A stretch of 64,000 bases of DNA from Dehalococcoidia bacterium (GCA_045562535.1 JBJKVP010000002.1:2814-66813), one strand, 5' to 3'; numbered from the stretch's first letter, positions 48,292 through 57,859 are shown. Notes: generated from the sequence alone by a model not told the origin. A program made the numbers and translations.

Positions 48292-49716
48292 TCAATCACT
48301 GCTTTTAAGTTTGTAGGGATTGGGACTCGGAGGGCACTCTGGTGGACATAATGGGCTTACATCTCTGGTAGTTCCCGGAACCACGAAGTTGGCCTCCTTG
48401 TTTGCAAATGCAATACTCCAACCCCAGCCTTCTGGATCAGATATGGATATAGAGAATTCAGACGTGTCTCCCAAAAAGTTGTAATCATGTTTCAAACTAA
48501 AGTTTTGGCCCTGCCTCAATTCGAACACCTGGCTTTCTCTAACACTATCATTTTCAAAAATCTGAATTGAAAAGGTCATTGGACCACCTATCCCAGCAAC
48601 CAGCAATTGCCAATCTTCTTCAATATTGATGTTATCTAAAACGGCATCCCCCCATCCAAATTCGCTGTATAGAATCTTATCTGTTTCAAATCCTAAATCT
48701 GCAGGGTATACCATTGCCACAGAATCTAATTGTTGATCTTTAATTCCGTCATATAGAAAAACGTCAACTTCATTATCATTAAAGGGGTTTTCTTCGCCGC
48801 TGATCATCCAACCCATGGCATCAGGCAATCCCCTTCCTCGGTTCCAATCGTTTCCAAAACTCTTACTTTCCCAACCTTCTATGGGGTTACGATAAATATT
48901 TCCAAACTTCCTGACCACATCCTCTGTAAAAATAGCTGGAGCATAAACAGTACGAGGCTGTTTAATGAACGAAAATGCTATGTGCGGAGAACCGGATTTA
49001 CTGCCTACCATTTCATCAAATGATGGAACATACATGTAGCCCAAGATATCTCCTTTTTTGACAAATTGACCATTATCAACAACTACAAATTGTTTATAAA
49101 AGTCTTTTGGCTTCCCAACAAGCTCAGGGATCATATATGGCTCCATCTGGTACATAAACTCTATGGACTTGCCGTTATGTGTAGCGACTCTCAAAGTAAA
49201 TCCATATGCAACATGCCACCAAGGAGGTGTGGAATTTGAATGGTCTACTACATTATTAAACCATGATTCACCCATATTTATGTAACCATCTGCAACTGCA
49301 TAAATAGCAGGGAAATCGCTAGGGGCTTGGGCATTTCTCCATCTGGAGTCGCTGCTTGAAAAATATATCTGCGCATCGTTGTGCGGCCGAGGACTGCGTG
49401 CACCTACATATGGATGGCCCGCGATAATATCTTCAAAATCAACAAAAAATCTGTCACTTTTATTTGTCGCAAAATAACTTATATCAGGCAATGTTTGTGG
49501 ACTCTGAGCGCCTCGCTGTTCCTCATGTTCGTCATCATCGTCATCATGTTTTTGATATTGGTCTTCTCCTGTAGCTGAAGGAGCAGGATTATTTTCATTA
49601 GATGTATCGACTACAGATTCAGTGTTAGATTCAACTGCACAAGCGGGGATAAGGAAAAGAAGTCCAATTACCAATAATAAATTCTTTATCCCTGATCTTG
49701 TCTTAAATAATTCCAT
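48292..49716 (-). CDS. Hypothetical lipoprotein with degenerate M23-like fold
   Basis: Lipobox IPAC; AIYAVADG, VKKGDILGY, PHIAF. Confidence 0.65.
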   Translation of the reverse strand: MELFKTRSGIKNLLLVIGLLFLIPACAVESNTESVVDTSNENNPAPSATGEDQYQKHDDDDDEHEEQRGAQSPQTLPDISYFATNKSDRFFVDFEDIIAGHPYVGARSPRPHNDAQIYFSSSDSRWRNAQAPSDFPAIYAVADGYINMGESWFNNVVDHSNSTPPWWHVAYGFTLRVATHNGKSIEFMYQMEPYMIPELVGKPKDFYKQFVVVDNGQFVKKGDILGYMYVPSFDEMVGSKSGSPHIAFSFIKQPRTVYAPAIFTEDVVRKFGNIYRNPIEGWESKSFGNDWNRGRGLPDAMGWMISGEENPFNDNEVDVFLYDGIKDQQLDSVAMVYPADLGFETDKILYSEFGWGDAVLDNINIEEDWQLLVAGIGGPMTFSIQIFENDSVRESQVFELRQGQNFSLKHDYNFLGDTSEFSISISDPEGWGWSIAFANKEANFVVPGTTRDVSPLCPPECPPSPNPYKLKSSD

Positions 49717-49798
49717 TTTCACCACTTTTTGTACAACTTTAATTTATAGAAAAAACATACCTGTAAATCCAATTATTCTAGATTTCATATTTGAACTA

Positions 49799-50317
49799 TT
49801 AACGTGCAAACGGTTTTCCTTGTAGCCCCTTTAAGAATCTAACTTCACCTAGATGAAAGTAGCCGTGCCCCACGATAATACTTTGAATTTGCCGTCCAAC
49901 TGTTTGGCGAGGATTATCAGGATTTAGAGGGCGATCGTAATCCTCTTCTTTAAACTTCCCGATCCCTTCCCAGACAGCTGCTGAAACTTGTTCTACATAA
50001 GATGTTAACAATTCATAATCCGGGGCGAGTGTTTCCACTTCGTCGGGCGTGAACCCTGTTCCAGAATCCTTTTCTGTAAGACCAAATTTTGTATACCATT
50101 CCTCTTGTATCCAGAGTGGTTCTGTTCCAGTAGGCGTGGAAACGCTATGCCATACATTATCTTGTACTCTTGCGAAATGCCAAAGAAGAAATGTAATGTG
50201 GTTGGCTTCAGGGGTTGGCCGAAATAACATTTGCTCCGGCGTCAGATCTTCTGTTTCAATAACGAAACTTCGGTTTATCTCATTTACTGCCATTTGAATG
50301 AATCTTGATGTGTCCAT
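49799..50317 (-). CDS. DinB/YfiT family protein
   Basis: N.I.FLLWH...D and H..FHLGE His triad. Confidence 0.87.
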   Translation of the reverse strand: MDTSRFIQMAVNEINRSFVIETEDLTPEQMLFRPTPEANHITFLLWHFARVQDNVWHSVSTPTGTEPLWIQEEWYTKFGLTEKDSGTGFTPDEVETLAPDYELLTSYVEQVSAAVWEGIGKFKEEDYDRPLNPDNPRQTVGRQIQSIIVGHGYFHLGEVRFLKGLQGKPFAR

Positions 50318-50345
50318 AATTATTAATCCTTATCAATATCTATCA

Positions 50346-50708
50346 TTATTTTTTAATATGATTGTGAATTACAAATATAATTGTAAATGGAAAACTCCAA
50401 AAAGCTCCACCTGCTAACCCCAATAAAGCATAAGATATAAATGGTTCGGAGCCTGAAGCCCCGAAGGAAGCACCTAGTATTGGAATTAGAAAGGTTAAAT
50501 TACCAATAGCTATAAATGTCATTAATCTTAGCTTGAATATTTTGGCAAATATAATAGCCGTCAATGATGGGATAAATAATGTCAAAAGAAATTCCCAAAA
50601 TTCAAATAGATTATCCTGGCTAAGGAAATTGTTGGCTAATATAAACAAAATTGATACAAATGAACCTAATAACGAAGAATAGAGGGTAAATTTAAGGTGA
50701 TTTAACAC
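50346..50708 (-). CDS. Hypothetical four-TM membrane protein
   Basis: Hydrophobic ORF co-oriented with neighbours. Confidence 0.65.
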   Translation of the reverse strand: MLNHLKFTLYSSLLGSFVSILFILANNFLSQDNLFEFWEFLLTLFIPSLTAIIFAKIFKLRLMTFIAIGNLTFLIPILGASFGASGSEPFISYALLGLAGGAFWSFPFTIIFVIHNHIKK

Positions 50709-50764
50709 AAGGGCACGCTATTGTGATTGCAGTAGAACAGAAATACCTCGGCAGAAGGTAACGT

Positions 50765-52144
50765 TCATTCGGCTTTTACGGCTATAATTTGCCAGGTAAT
50801 ATCTTCATTGGTTTCCACGGACACTTCAATTTGGCCTGCATCCAGTTTGCCGCTTTCGTACATGGTAACTCCATTCCCTAAAGGCCTAGAATAGATGTTT
50901 CGTTTGTCCCCTACTAAAACTTTGATTGGTCCTCCAGCGGAGGCGATAACTAAGAGATACGATTGATCAGCATCAAACTTTGAAAGCACATGACTGCCAG
51001 AAGACTCAAAGGAAGCGATAATATCTCGACCAGAAGCAAGTGACTGGAATCCAGGGAGTGTATCTGAAACCTCTGTCTTCGAGGAAGATCCATTGGACTC
51101 AGAGGACGTCGTTTCAATATTCGAAGGTGAACCTTGGAGTCTGACATAAACTTCAGGGTCATCAGTATTTCCACGATTAGCAAAGTTTTCACCCTCGCAA
51201 ACTAGCAGATTTCTAGCACGCTCCTTCGCAGTTATTATAAAATCTGACTTCGATACATTGGCAATTTTTTGGTATTCGCTAAATAAATCATCGGTCATAA
51301 ACTCAAAAATTGAGTGGAGTTGGACTGTTGCACTGCATCCTGGTGACTTAGCAGCTCTACCTTGCCGTGAATCGGCGGAGTTGCAACCAGAGGGAATACC
51401 GGACCCATTTAAGTGCCTCTTAACTATAATTTCCGCTAGCCCATACCCGATGAGATCACCAGCTTTAACGCGGTACCCTTCTGCGGCTGGCCTAGAAACT
51501 CCCATCATCATCTTCTGACCGTTAGTTGGAGCCACCTTCTCGATGATTTCATCAATTGGGTTAACATGCATATGGGTAATCCATACGTTTGGAGCATTAT
51601 CCGGGCGTATATATATATTCCAGTCGCGATAATCAGCGGGTGGCTCCTTCCCAGTTTGTTCCCGATACTCAATCTTCCAGTCATCTGAATGACCACCAGA
51701 AGGTTCAGACAAGTAAAGAACAACGCCATCAACGGGTGAATAAATAGGCTGTGTGAACCGAGTACCAAAGAAGTCGATTGCAACAAAGTAGTGCTTCATC
51801 GAGCAACACCCCTCAAAGGAATCTGAGAAATCGTGACCAGCGGATGACCGGAACTTAGAGACGTAGGCTGTATCACTAATCTTTACATGTGAAGCTGTGA
51901 TGAACTTAGGAAGTTCAACGTCTGCCCAGGATTCTAAGTTTTTGACCAGCCCTCCAAGTCCAAATTCATCACTAGGTTTAATAACAGTAGCTGTAGCTGG
52001 TAAAGGTGTAGCAGTATTTACAATCTCAGTTGTCTCTTTTATCGCGCTTACTTCGTCAGTAGCATCAATATCTTTTGTACTAACTCCACAAGCTACTACT
52101 AGGAGCATCAATCCTGCTAAGAATATATATGTTAGATATTTCAT
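50765..52144 (-). CDS. Hypothetical lipoprotein with degenerate M23-like fold
   Basis: Lipobox VVAC; SKFRS.AGHDFS, CSMKHY, PIYSPVDG, VKAGDLIG. Confidence 0.7.
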   Translation of the reverse strand: MKYLTYIFLAGLMLLVVACGVSTKDIDATDEVSAIKETTEIVNTATPLPATATVIKPSDEFGLGGLVKNLESWADVELPKFITASHVKISDTAYVSKFRSSAGHDFSDSFEGCCSMKHYFVAIDFFGTRFTQPIYSPVDGVVLYLSEPSGGHSDDWKIEYREQTGKEPPADYRDWNIYIRPDNAPNVWITHMHVNPIDEIIEKVAPTNGQKMMMGVSRPAAEGYRVKAGDLIGYGLAEIIVKRHLNGSGIPSGCNSADSRQGRAAKSPGCSATVQLHSIFEFMTDDLFSEYQKIANVSKSDFIITAKERARNLLVCEGENFANRGNTDDPEVYVRLQGSPSNIETTSSESNGSSSKTEVSDTLPGFQSLASGRDIIASFESSGSHVLSKFDADQSYLLVIASAGGPIKVLVGDKRNIYSRPLGNGVTMYESGKLDAGQIEVSVETNEDITWQIIAVKAE

Positions 52145-52384
52145 TATTACCTACTATGATGTCACTTTATAAATACAGGTGGCAAGAGTATAAGATATTT
52201 TTCTTCGATTGTGTTTTGCCTACCGGCGTCCAATACAATTATTTTTGATTAAAAACGTTGAGAATAACGTTGATATTAAGAAGAAGAGTATTAAAGGGTT
52301 TACAGCGGGTAAAAATAGGTTTAGATATTCGATGTCGAATTTATCTCTCCAAAACTATACAGAATAATCGCAGGCAGTAGGGGA

Positions 52385-52461
52385 TGGTGGGCGATACTGG
52401 ATTCGAACCAGTGACCTCTGCGATGTCACCGCAGCGCTCTAACCAACTGAGCTAACCGCCC
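52385..52461 (-). tRNA. tRNA-Val (GAC)
   Basis: Reverse strand GGGCGGT...ATCGCCC-A-CCA, anticodon arm CTGCG-GTGACAT-CGCAG. Confidence 0.95.
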
Positions 52462-52495
52462 TAAATTTTAAACATATAACTTTTGGAATGTTGTG

Positions 52496-53404
52496 CTACA
52501 ACCCTGGTTTATAACCACTGTTATTGTAAATGAATTCTGAGTCTAACGTATAGAGGTCTTCAAAATGGGTACTTGGATTATTGATGATAAATTGTGTGAC
52601 TATTTTATAACCCAGGTACTGGCCTGCCCAATCAGGCAATGTTGGCGTTGATCCTGCAAGAAAAGATCTTATTATCATTGGATCCTCTGAATGAAGTAAT
52701 TCAGCCATTGCTTCCCATACGAGGGTTTCTTGTTGAATAGGTAAAGGGTGAATCCAATTTGGCGTGAAAGAGGGTTGAATTGAGGTAGCAAAGGCATCTG
52801 ATATACCTTCGTTTAATACTGCGTCTAGTAATGTGTCAGGTCTTCCTGTTTTACCACTGATCATTTTCCCGTCGACAAAATGCTTTTCCACATAACTGTT
52901 TTGGCATAAATGAGAATATTCGTGAGCGACGGCAAAAGAGAGAGAGTCTTTCCATTGATGCTGTGGCCAAAAGAATAGGAGACTGATTTTGTTACCAAGG
53001 CTCACTCCTATGGCATTTTGCATTGCCTGGGTCAAAGTTTCATTGTTACCGTCTCCTAGTATTAAGACGATTCTTGGATTGATATTGGTTAATTTAACCG
53101 TATCCATACATTTTACTAGCACTTGATTCACCAGTTGTTTTGTTTTTGAATTTTCCGCTAAATTGACCATCTCTGGTAATTTTTCGAGTTCACTCTCTGT
53201 AGTTTGGCTTAAAACCCATGATTCAGCTATTTTCGTTAGAGACGAATCTATATTTGCTAGGACGCTTCTCATATACGTTCGTAGCTGTTCTTGGAAATAA
53301 GCTGATGAATTTGTAGATTGCTTTGACAAAGCTTGCTCGGCGAAATACCCCATTAATTTATATGCTTCGATAATTGTGAAGGAAGGGGACTTGATGTTGC
53401 TCAT
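52496..53404 (-). CDS. DUF2268-like putative Zn-dependent protease
   Basis: AHEYSH...EG.SD.F and LP.WAG..LGYKIV motifs. Confidence 0.8.
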   Translation of the reverse strand: MSNIKSPSFTIIEAYKLMGYFAEQALSKQSTNSSAYFQEQLRTYMRSVLANIDSSLTKIAESWVLSQTTESELEKLPEMVNLAENSKTKQLVNQVLVKCMDTVKLTNINPRIVLILGDGNNETLTQAMQNAIGVSLGNKISLLFFWPQHQWKDSLSFAVAHEYSHLCQNSYVEKHFVDGKMISGKTGRPDTLLDAVLNEGISDAFATSIQPSFTPNWIHPLPIQQETLVWEAMAELLHSEDPMIIRSFLAGSTPTLPDWAGQYLGYKIVTQFIINNPSTHFEDLYTLDSEFIYNNSGYKPGL

Positions 53405-53432
53405 ATTAGTAGTTAAATATCTAGATTGGTGA

Positions 53433-55835
53433 TTAACTCAGCGCACCAGTTTCACGCAATCTTTGGATATCCTCTTTATTTAGGTTTAGAGTGTTTTTTA
53501 AAATCTCTTCGGTATGTTGCCCTGGAGTTGGAGCAGGGTTAAATGTTCCTTTTCCTAATCCGCTAATCTTTAGCGTAAGTCCCGGGTGCTCTATGAGGCC
53601 AGGCATTGGGTGATCAATTTCTACTATATAGTCGCGAGCCCGTAATTGAGGATTGTTAAACAGGTCTTCTCCGTTGGAAACAACTCCTGCCGGGATGCCG
53701 CTTAATTGACACTTGTGCATTATCTCATCAGGAGTAAACTCTCTGGTCCAGTCTGATATTTTTTCATCGATAAGGATTTTTTGGGCCTCACGCTTATTTT
53801 TCGAAGCGAAATTAGCGTCATCTACCCATATTTCCATGTTGATTAAAGAACTTAGAGAAGCCCAAGATTTGTCGTTAGGGCATGATATGGCTATCCAACG
53901 GTCTTCGCCTTTGCAGGGATAAATACCTTGAGGTATCGCGTTTGGATTGCTATTCCCCCAGGCAGCTGCACCCGCATCAGATAATTGGTTTTCGAGAGTG
54001 GCTATCCCAATGGTATTTGCAGCCGATTTGAACTGAGCGATTTCTATGTGCTGACCTACCCCAGTTTTATCCCTATGATATAAAGCTGCAAGAACACTTA
54101 ATGGTAGATTACTGGCCGTTATAAAATCTGGATAGGCATTCTTGCCCCGTGATGACCATTCGGCATTCTCATGTGCCCATAAATATCCTAAACCAGTGAA
54201 GGCAGTTATCGATTGCCCTACAGCTACATATTTGCTCATAGGTCCCTGTGATCCGAAACCAGGGCAACTAACCATTATGATATCCTTTTTTATTTTTTTA
54301 AGATCAGTATATGAGAGGTTGAATTTTTCCATTGCACCTGGCGCGTTATTTTCCACTACCACATCAGAAACTTTTACAAGATCTTTAAATATGGACTGGC
54401 CTTCTTTTGTGTGTAAATCTAATGTAATAGATTTTTTGTTTCGGTTAATCTCGCCATAAGTTGAGTTAGTATTTAGCCAAGCTGAGGGGTTTATAGATTT
54501 GTCAAAAACACGGCCATCAGAAAATTGAGTTGACTCGACCTTTATTACTTCTGCCCCAAAATCAGCTAGATATCGTGTGCCGAAAGGTGCTGCCCAAACT
54601 CTTTCAAAAGCTAGTATACGTATTCCGTGTAAAGGAAAATTTTGGGATTTTTGTTTATTCGTTTTAGAAATTTTATTGGGTTTGAAGGATTTGATTTCAT
54701 CCAGTATTTCTTGGCTATGCTGACCTAATAAAGGCGCAGGAGAGGAAATTTTCCAGGGAGTTTCAGAATAAGTTGCAGGAGCTCCAGGTGCCTGATATTC
54801 ACCGACGACAGGGTGTATAACTTTTGTAAGGTATTCATTTACTTGAGTATGGGGATGCTTGTCAAAATCGGAAGGAGAATGCGCTGGAGATACTGTGACC
54901 TTACGTTTCTCACCTTGGTCAAGGAAGTCTTTTGTCGAGAAGGTACTTATGAACTGCTTAGCTTTTTCTACAATCATCAACCCGTCAGCATCTCGAACCT
55001 GGAGAATTCTATATTTGGGGTCGTTTAATTGTTCATCACCAGTCCATTTTGCAAACTCAATCCATTGGCGCTCGGTAGTTAACGCTAATTGCACCCAACC
55101 ATCTTTAGTTTGGTAATATTGAGTGGGACCATTTCCACCTTCAGAACCTCGTCTTTTTGTATTCACTTGTTGACTAGAATAACGAACAAAATTCAAATAG
55201 AAATTTGCTAACACTTCAAATCTAGATACATCAATTTTCTGTGCCTCGCCTGTAGTATTTCTTTGTCTTAGAGCTATTAATATCCCAAATGCTGCGTGAA
55301 GGGCAGCCATTTGGTATCCTTGGTATCGAGGCATATTAATAGGTGGCCCTTCTAGGTTTCCTTCTCCTAGTACCAAACCAGATAGAGCAGTTAGCGTTAT
55401 ATCTGTTCCTATGAATTCTTTGTAAGGCCCGGATTGCCCAAAGGGAGACAAAGAGGCTAGTATTATCTCTGGATTAACCTTTTTCATTTCTTCAAAGCCG
55501 AGGTTAATCGAATCTAGGTAACCGGGATCGAAACTCTCGATAACTATATCTATCGTCTGTAAGATATCAAGTAGCGTTTCCCTTCCTGATTTCGTTTCAA
55601 GATCGATACATATACTACGTTTATTTGTGTTGAAATGAAGAAAATAGATGCTTCTTTCTGGGTCTTGGGATTGAGAGGCAAATGGTTCATAATATCTGGA
55701 AGGAGTTCCAGAAGAGGGCTCTACCAGTATTACATCTGCGCCGAGATCGCCGAATAATCGTCCACAAGGTTGCCCAGCAGGGCCAGATAGCTCGAGAATT
55801 CGTAAGCCTGAAAGTGCCCCTAATGTTCCACTCAT
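53433..55835 (-). CDS. Family III CoA-transferase, two fused domains (second copy)
   Basis: GADVI.VE and GAEVIKVE, NTNKRS and NRNKKS, YPD only in the second domain. Confidence 0.92.
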   Translation of the reverse strand: MSGTLGALSGLRILELSGPAGQPCGRLFGDLGADVILVEPSSGTPSRYYEPFASQSQDPERSIYFLHFNTNKRSICIDLETKSGRETLLDILQTIDIVIESFDPGYLDSINLGFEEMKKVNPEIILASLSPFGQSGPYKEFIGTDITLTALSGLVLGEGNLEGPPINMPRYQGYQMAALHAAFGILIALRQRNTTGEAQKIDVSRFEVLANFYLNFVRYSSQQVNTKRRGSEGGNGPTQYYQTKDGWVQLALTTERQWIEFAKWTGDEQLNDPKYRILQVRDADGLMIVEKAKQFISTFSTKDFLDQGEKRKVTVSPAHSPSDFDKHPHTQVNEYLTKVIHPVVGEYQAPGAPATYSETPWKISSPAPLLGQHSQEILDEIKSFKPNKISKTNKQKSQNFPLHGIRILAFERVWAAPFGTRYLADFGAEVIKVESTQFSDGRVFDKSINPSAWLNTNSTYGEINRNKKSITLDLHTKEGQSIFKDLVKVSDVVVENNAPGAMEKFNLSYTDLKKIKKDIIMVSCPGFGSQGPMSKYVAVGQSITAFTGLGYLWAHENAEWSSRGKNAYPDFITASNLPLSVLAALYHRDKTGVGQHIEIAQFKSAANTIGIATLENQLSDAGAAAWGNSNPNAIPQGIYPCKGEDRWIAISCPNDKSWASLSSLINMEIWVDDANFASKNKREAQKILIDEKISDWTREFTPDEIMHKCQLSGIPAGVVSNGEDLFNNPQLRARDYIVEIDHPMPGLIEHPGLTLKISGLGKGTFNPAPTPGQHTEEILKNTLNLNKEDIQRLRETGALS

Positions 55836-55908
55836 TGTAAGTTCATTTCACCTATTTGGTAGGAATTCCTATAAATCTTATATGATCAAATGATTGATTG
55901 CTAACAAT

Positions 55909-56598
55909 CTATTTTTGAGGTTTCTTATTAACTTCCTTCTTCGTTTTTGTAGAAGAGCGGGGTTTAGCTGAAGTGCTTCGGCGCTTTCTTTTTGGTTTGT
56001 TGTCGTCACTTCGTAGCCATAAATTTTCTTTACTTAATAGCTCACTGGTAAGTAAAGTTGTTGTGTCGCCTATTTTCCATAATTCTTGCGATTGGTTTGA
56101 CTCAAATGCTACGACCTGAACAAATTTCCCAATGTTTTTAACCGTTTGAAGAGCATACGCAAAATCCCCGTCACCACTCACTAAGACCGCCATATCATAA
56201 TAATCTAGCCATGCATAATGCAGCATGTCTGTTGCTAGCATTATGTCTACACCTTTTTCTATCATTTGCCCTTCACGATAGGCAACTTTCCCAAATCTTG
56301 TTTCGAGATACGGGACTTGGCTTAAGGCTTCCAGAAATTTTTGTTGCTGTTGATGATCTGCGGGGCGTCGTTTTTCTTCCTGAATGATATTGTAATAATA
56401 CGTTCGATAAAGAGATCGATCTTTAGTTAACCATGTAATAAAAGATGCGAAATTGAGATCACTTCTCCCGCACGATTGCTCTAGCGCGTGGTACAAATTA
56501 CTTCCGTCAATAAATACTGCCACTCTTAATGTATCTAAAGAATTTATATTAGATTTCGGTTCGGTGACTTGAACCTGATTTTTTTGTTTACGTACCGT
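55909..56598 (-). CDS. NYN (LabA/DUF88) PIN-like ribonuclease; possible ACG start at 56598, GTG alternative at 56523
   Basis: VFIDGSN, EKGVDIMLATD, VSGDGDF motifs; basic C-terminal tail. Confidence 0.88.
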   Translation of the reverse strand, partial: TVRKQKNQVQVTEPKSNINSLDTLRVAVFIDGSNLYHALEQSCGRSDLNFASFITWLTKDRSLYRTYYYNIIQEEKRRPADHQQQQKFLEALSQVPYLETRFGKVAYREGQMIEKGVDIMLATDMLHYAWLDYYDMAVLVSGDGDFAYALQTVKNIGKFVQVVAFESNQSQELWKIGDTTTLLTSELLSKENLWLRSDDNKPKRKRRSTSAKPRSSTKTKKEVNKKPQK

Positions 56599-56752
56599 AT
56601 GGCACCTCCTTCAATAATTTTATGCTAATTTCACCATATGTAATTCAATTATACCTCTTTGGGAATGTTATGTTAATAAAGTACTTTATAAAGCTTTCAC
56701 CATCCTAATTAAATACATGCGATTCAAGGGGCATATCTAGGTATTGCAGCAG

Positions 56753-57529
56753 TCAGAAAGAGGCGCCCCTGTTATTGATCTGAGGGGTTTCTGTAGGAGG
56801 AGCGACCTTTACTGGGAAGGGTTCTACTTTGACATTTTTCCCGCCGTTTTTCATTGTGAATTCCACAATCGAACTTGTCCCAACCCATGTTGGTGAGCCA
56901 ACATAATATGCTACGACTTCGGATTGGCTGATATTCATATGCGCGTCCCAGTGTCCTAGAGCAACATAATCTCTATCGCACTGCGCTATCTCTTCTTTTT
57001 CTATTGGGTATGATCTACCCATATCACCTTGGTCTCTGATGAAGTGTCCATGCCCAATACCTAATTGCCACGTTTCTTTACCTTTTTTGGGGGGGTCTTT
57101 CAAAGGGTATAGCTCTATGTCATCGTATGAAACGTGAGGCTTTCCCCAAACTGCGACATCTAATTCTGGATAAGAGACAGTTTCGCCGCCCTTTGTAGTT
57201 ATCAGATGCACTTTTGGAGCTTTACCTTTTAGATCCATTCTCCAATATACGGAATTCTCATCTAATGGATCGTGGTTACCAGGTAGTATTACCGTGGGCA
57301 TCGGTAATCGAGCTAATTGGTCGAGAACATAGTCCGATACATCTTTACGAATACGATTATGATCAAAAAAGTCGCCAGCAATCAAAACGAGGTCTACTTT
57401 TTCTTCTATGGCTTTATCGACGACAATTTTAAATGCATACATGCATTTGTTAGGATGTGGTGATCTTTTATCAGTGAATGCACCTATATGAACATCTGAA
57501 GTAGCCAGAATCCTAAGATTATTAGTAAT
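56753..57529 (-). CDS. Mre11/SbcD-like metallophosphoesterase; probable ATT start at 57529
   Basis: Motif I SDVHIG lies upstream of the ORF-track ATG; GDFFD, GNHD, GHGH, ALGHWD motifs. Confidence 0.87.
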   Translation of the reverse strand: MTNNLRILATSDVHIGAFTDKRSPHPNKCMYAFKIVVDKAIEEKVDLVLIAGDFFDHNRIRKDVSDYVLDQLARLPMPTVILPGNHDPLDENSVYWRMDLKGKAPKVHLITTKGGETVSYPELDVAVWGKPHVSYDDIELYPLKDPPKKGKETWQLGIGHGHFIRDQGDMGRSYPIEKEEIAQCDRDYVALGHWDAHMNISQSEVVAYYVGSPTWVGTSSIVEFTMKNGGKNVKVEPFPVKVAPPTETPQINNRGASF

Positions 57530-57585
57530 AGTAGTGCCTCTCTTAAAATAAATTCTACAATAAAATTTATAACATATTTATCATG

Positions 57586-57670
57586 TGCCGGGGGAGGGAC
57601 TCGAACCCACACCCTCGTTACCGAAGAACGGATTTTAAGTCCGTCGCGTCTGCCATTTCGCCACCCCGGC
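57586..57670 (-). tRNA. tRNA-Leu (TAA), CCA end not encoded
   Basis: Reverse strand GCCGGGG...CCCCGGC-A, anticodon loop CTTAAAA, long variable arm. Confidence 0.95.
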
Positions 57671-57859
57671 GCGGCGGTAACATTATCTGGGAAGTATAGC
57701 AGTGTACAACTAAATTATGAATCTTTTTTTCAAGATAAACCCGAGTAGATTTTTTTATTGTATCGGCTGCTCAAGCAATAATTATATTTCTGAAGTAATA
57801 TGAGCAATAGAGCTGACTGAATTATAATAGCTAAGAAGCAAGAATTAGTTAGATGGAAT

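Noticed and set aside
47098-52384. Prophage or integrative element at tRNA-Val
   Set aside because: No integrase, phage genes or duplicated tRNA 3' end seen.
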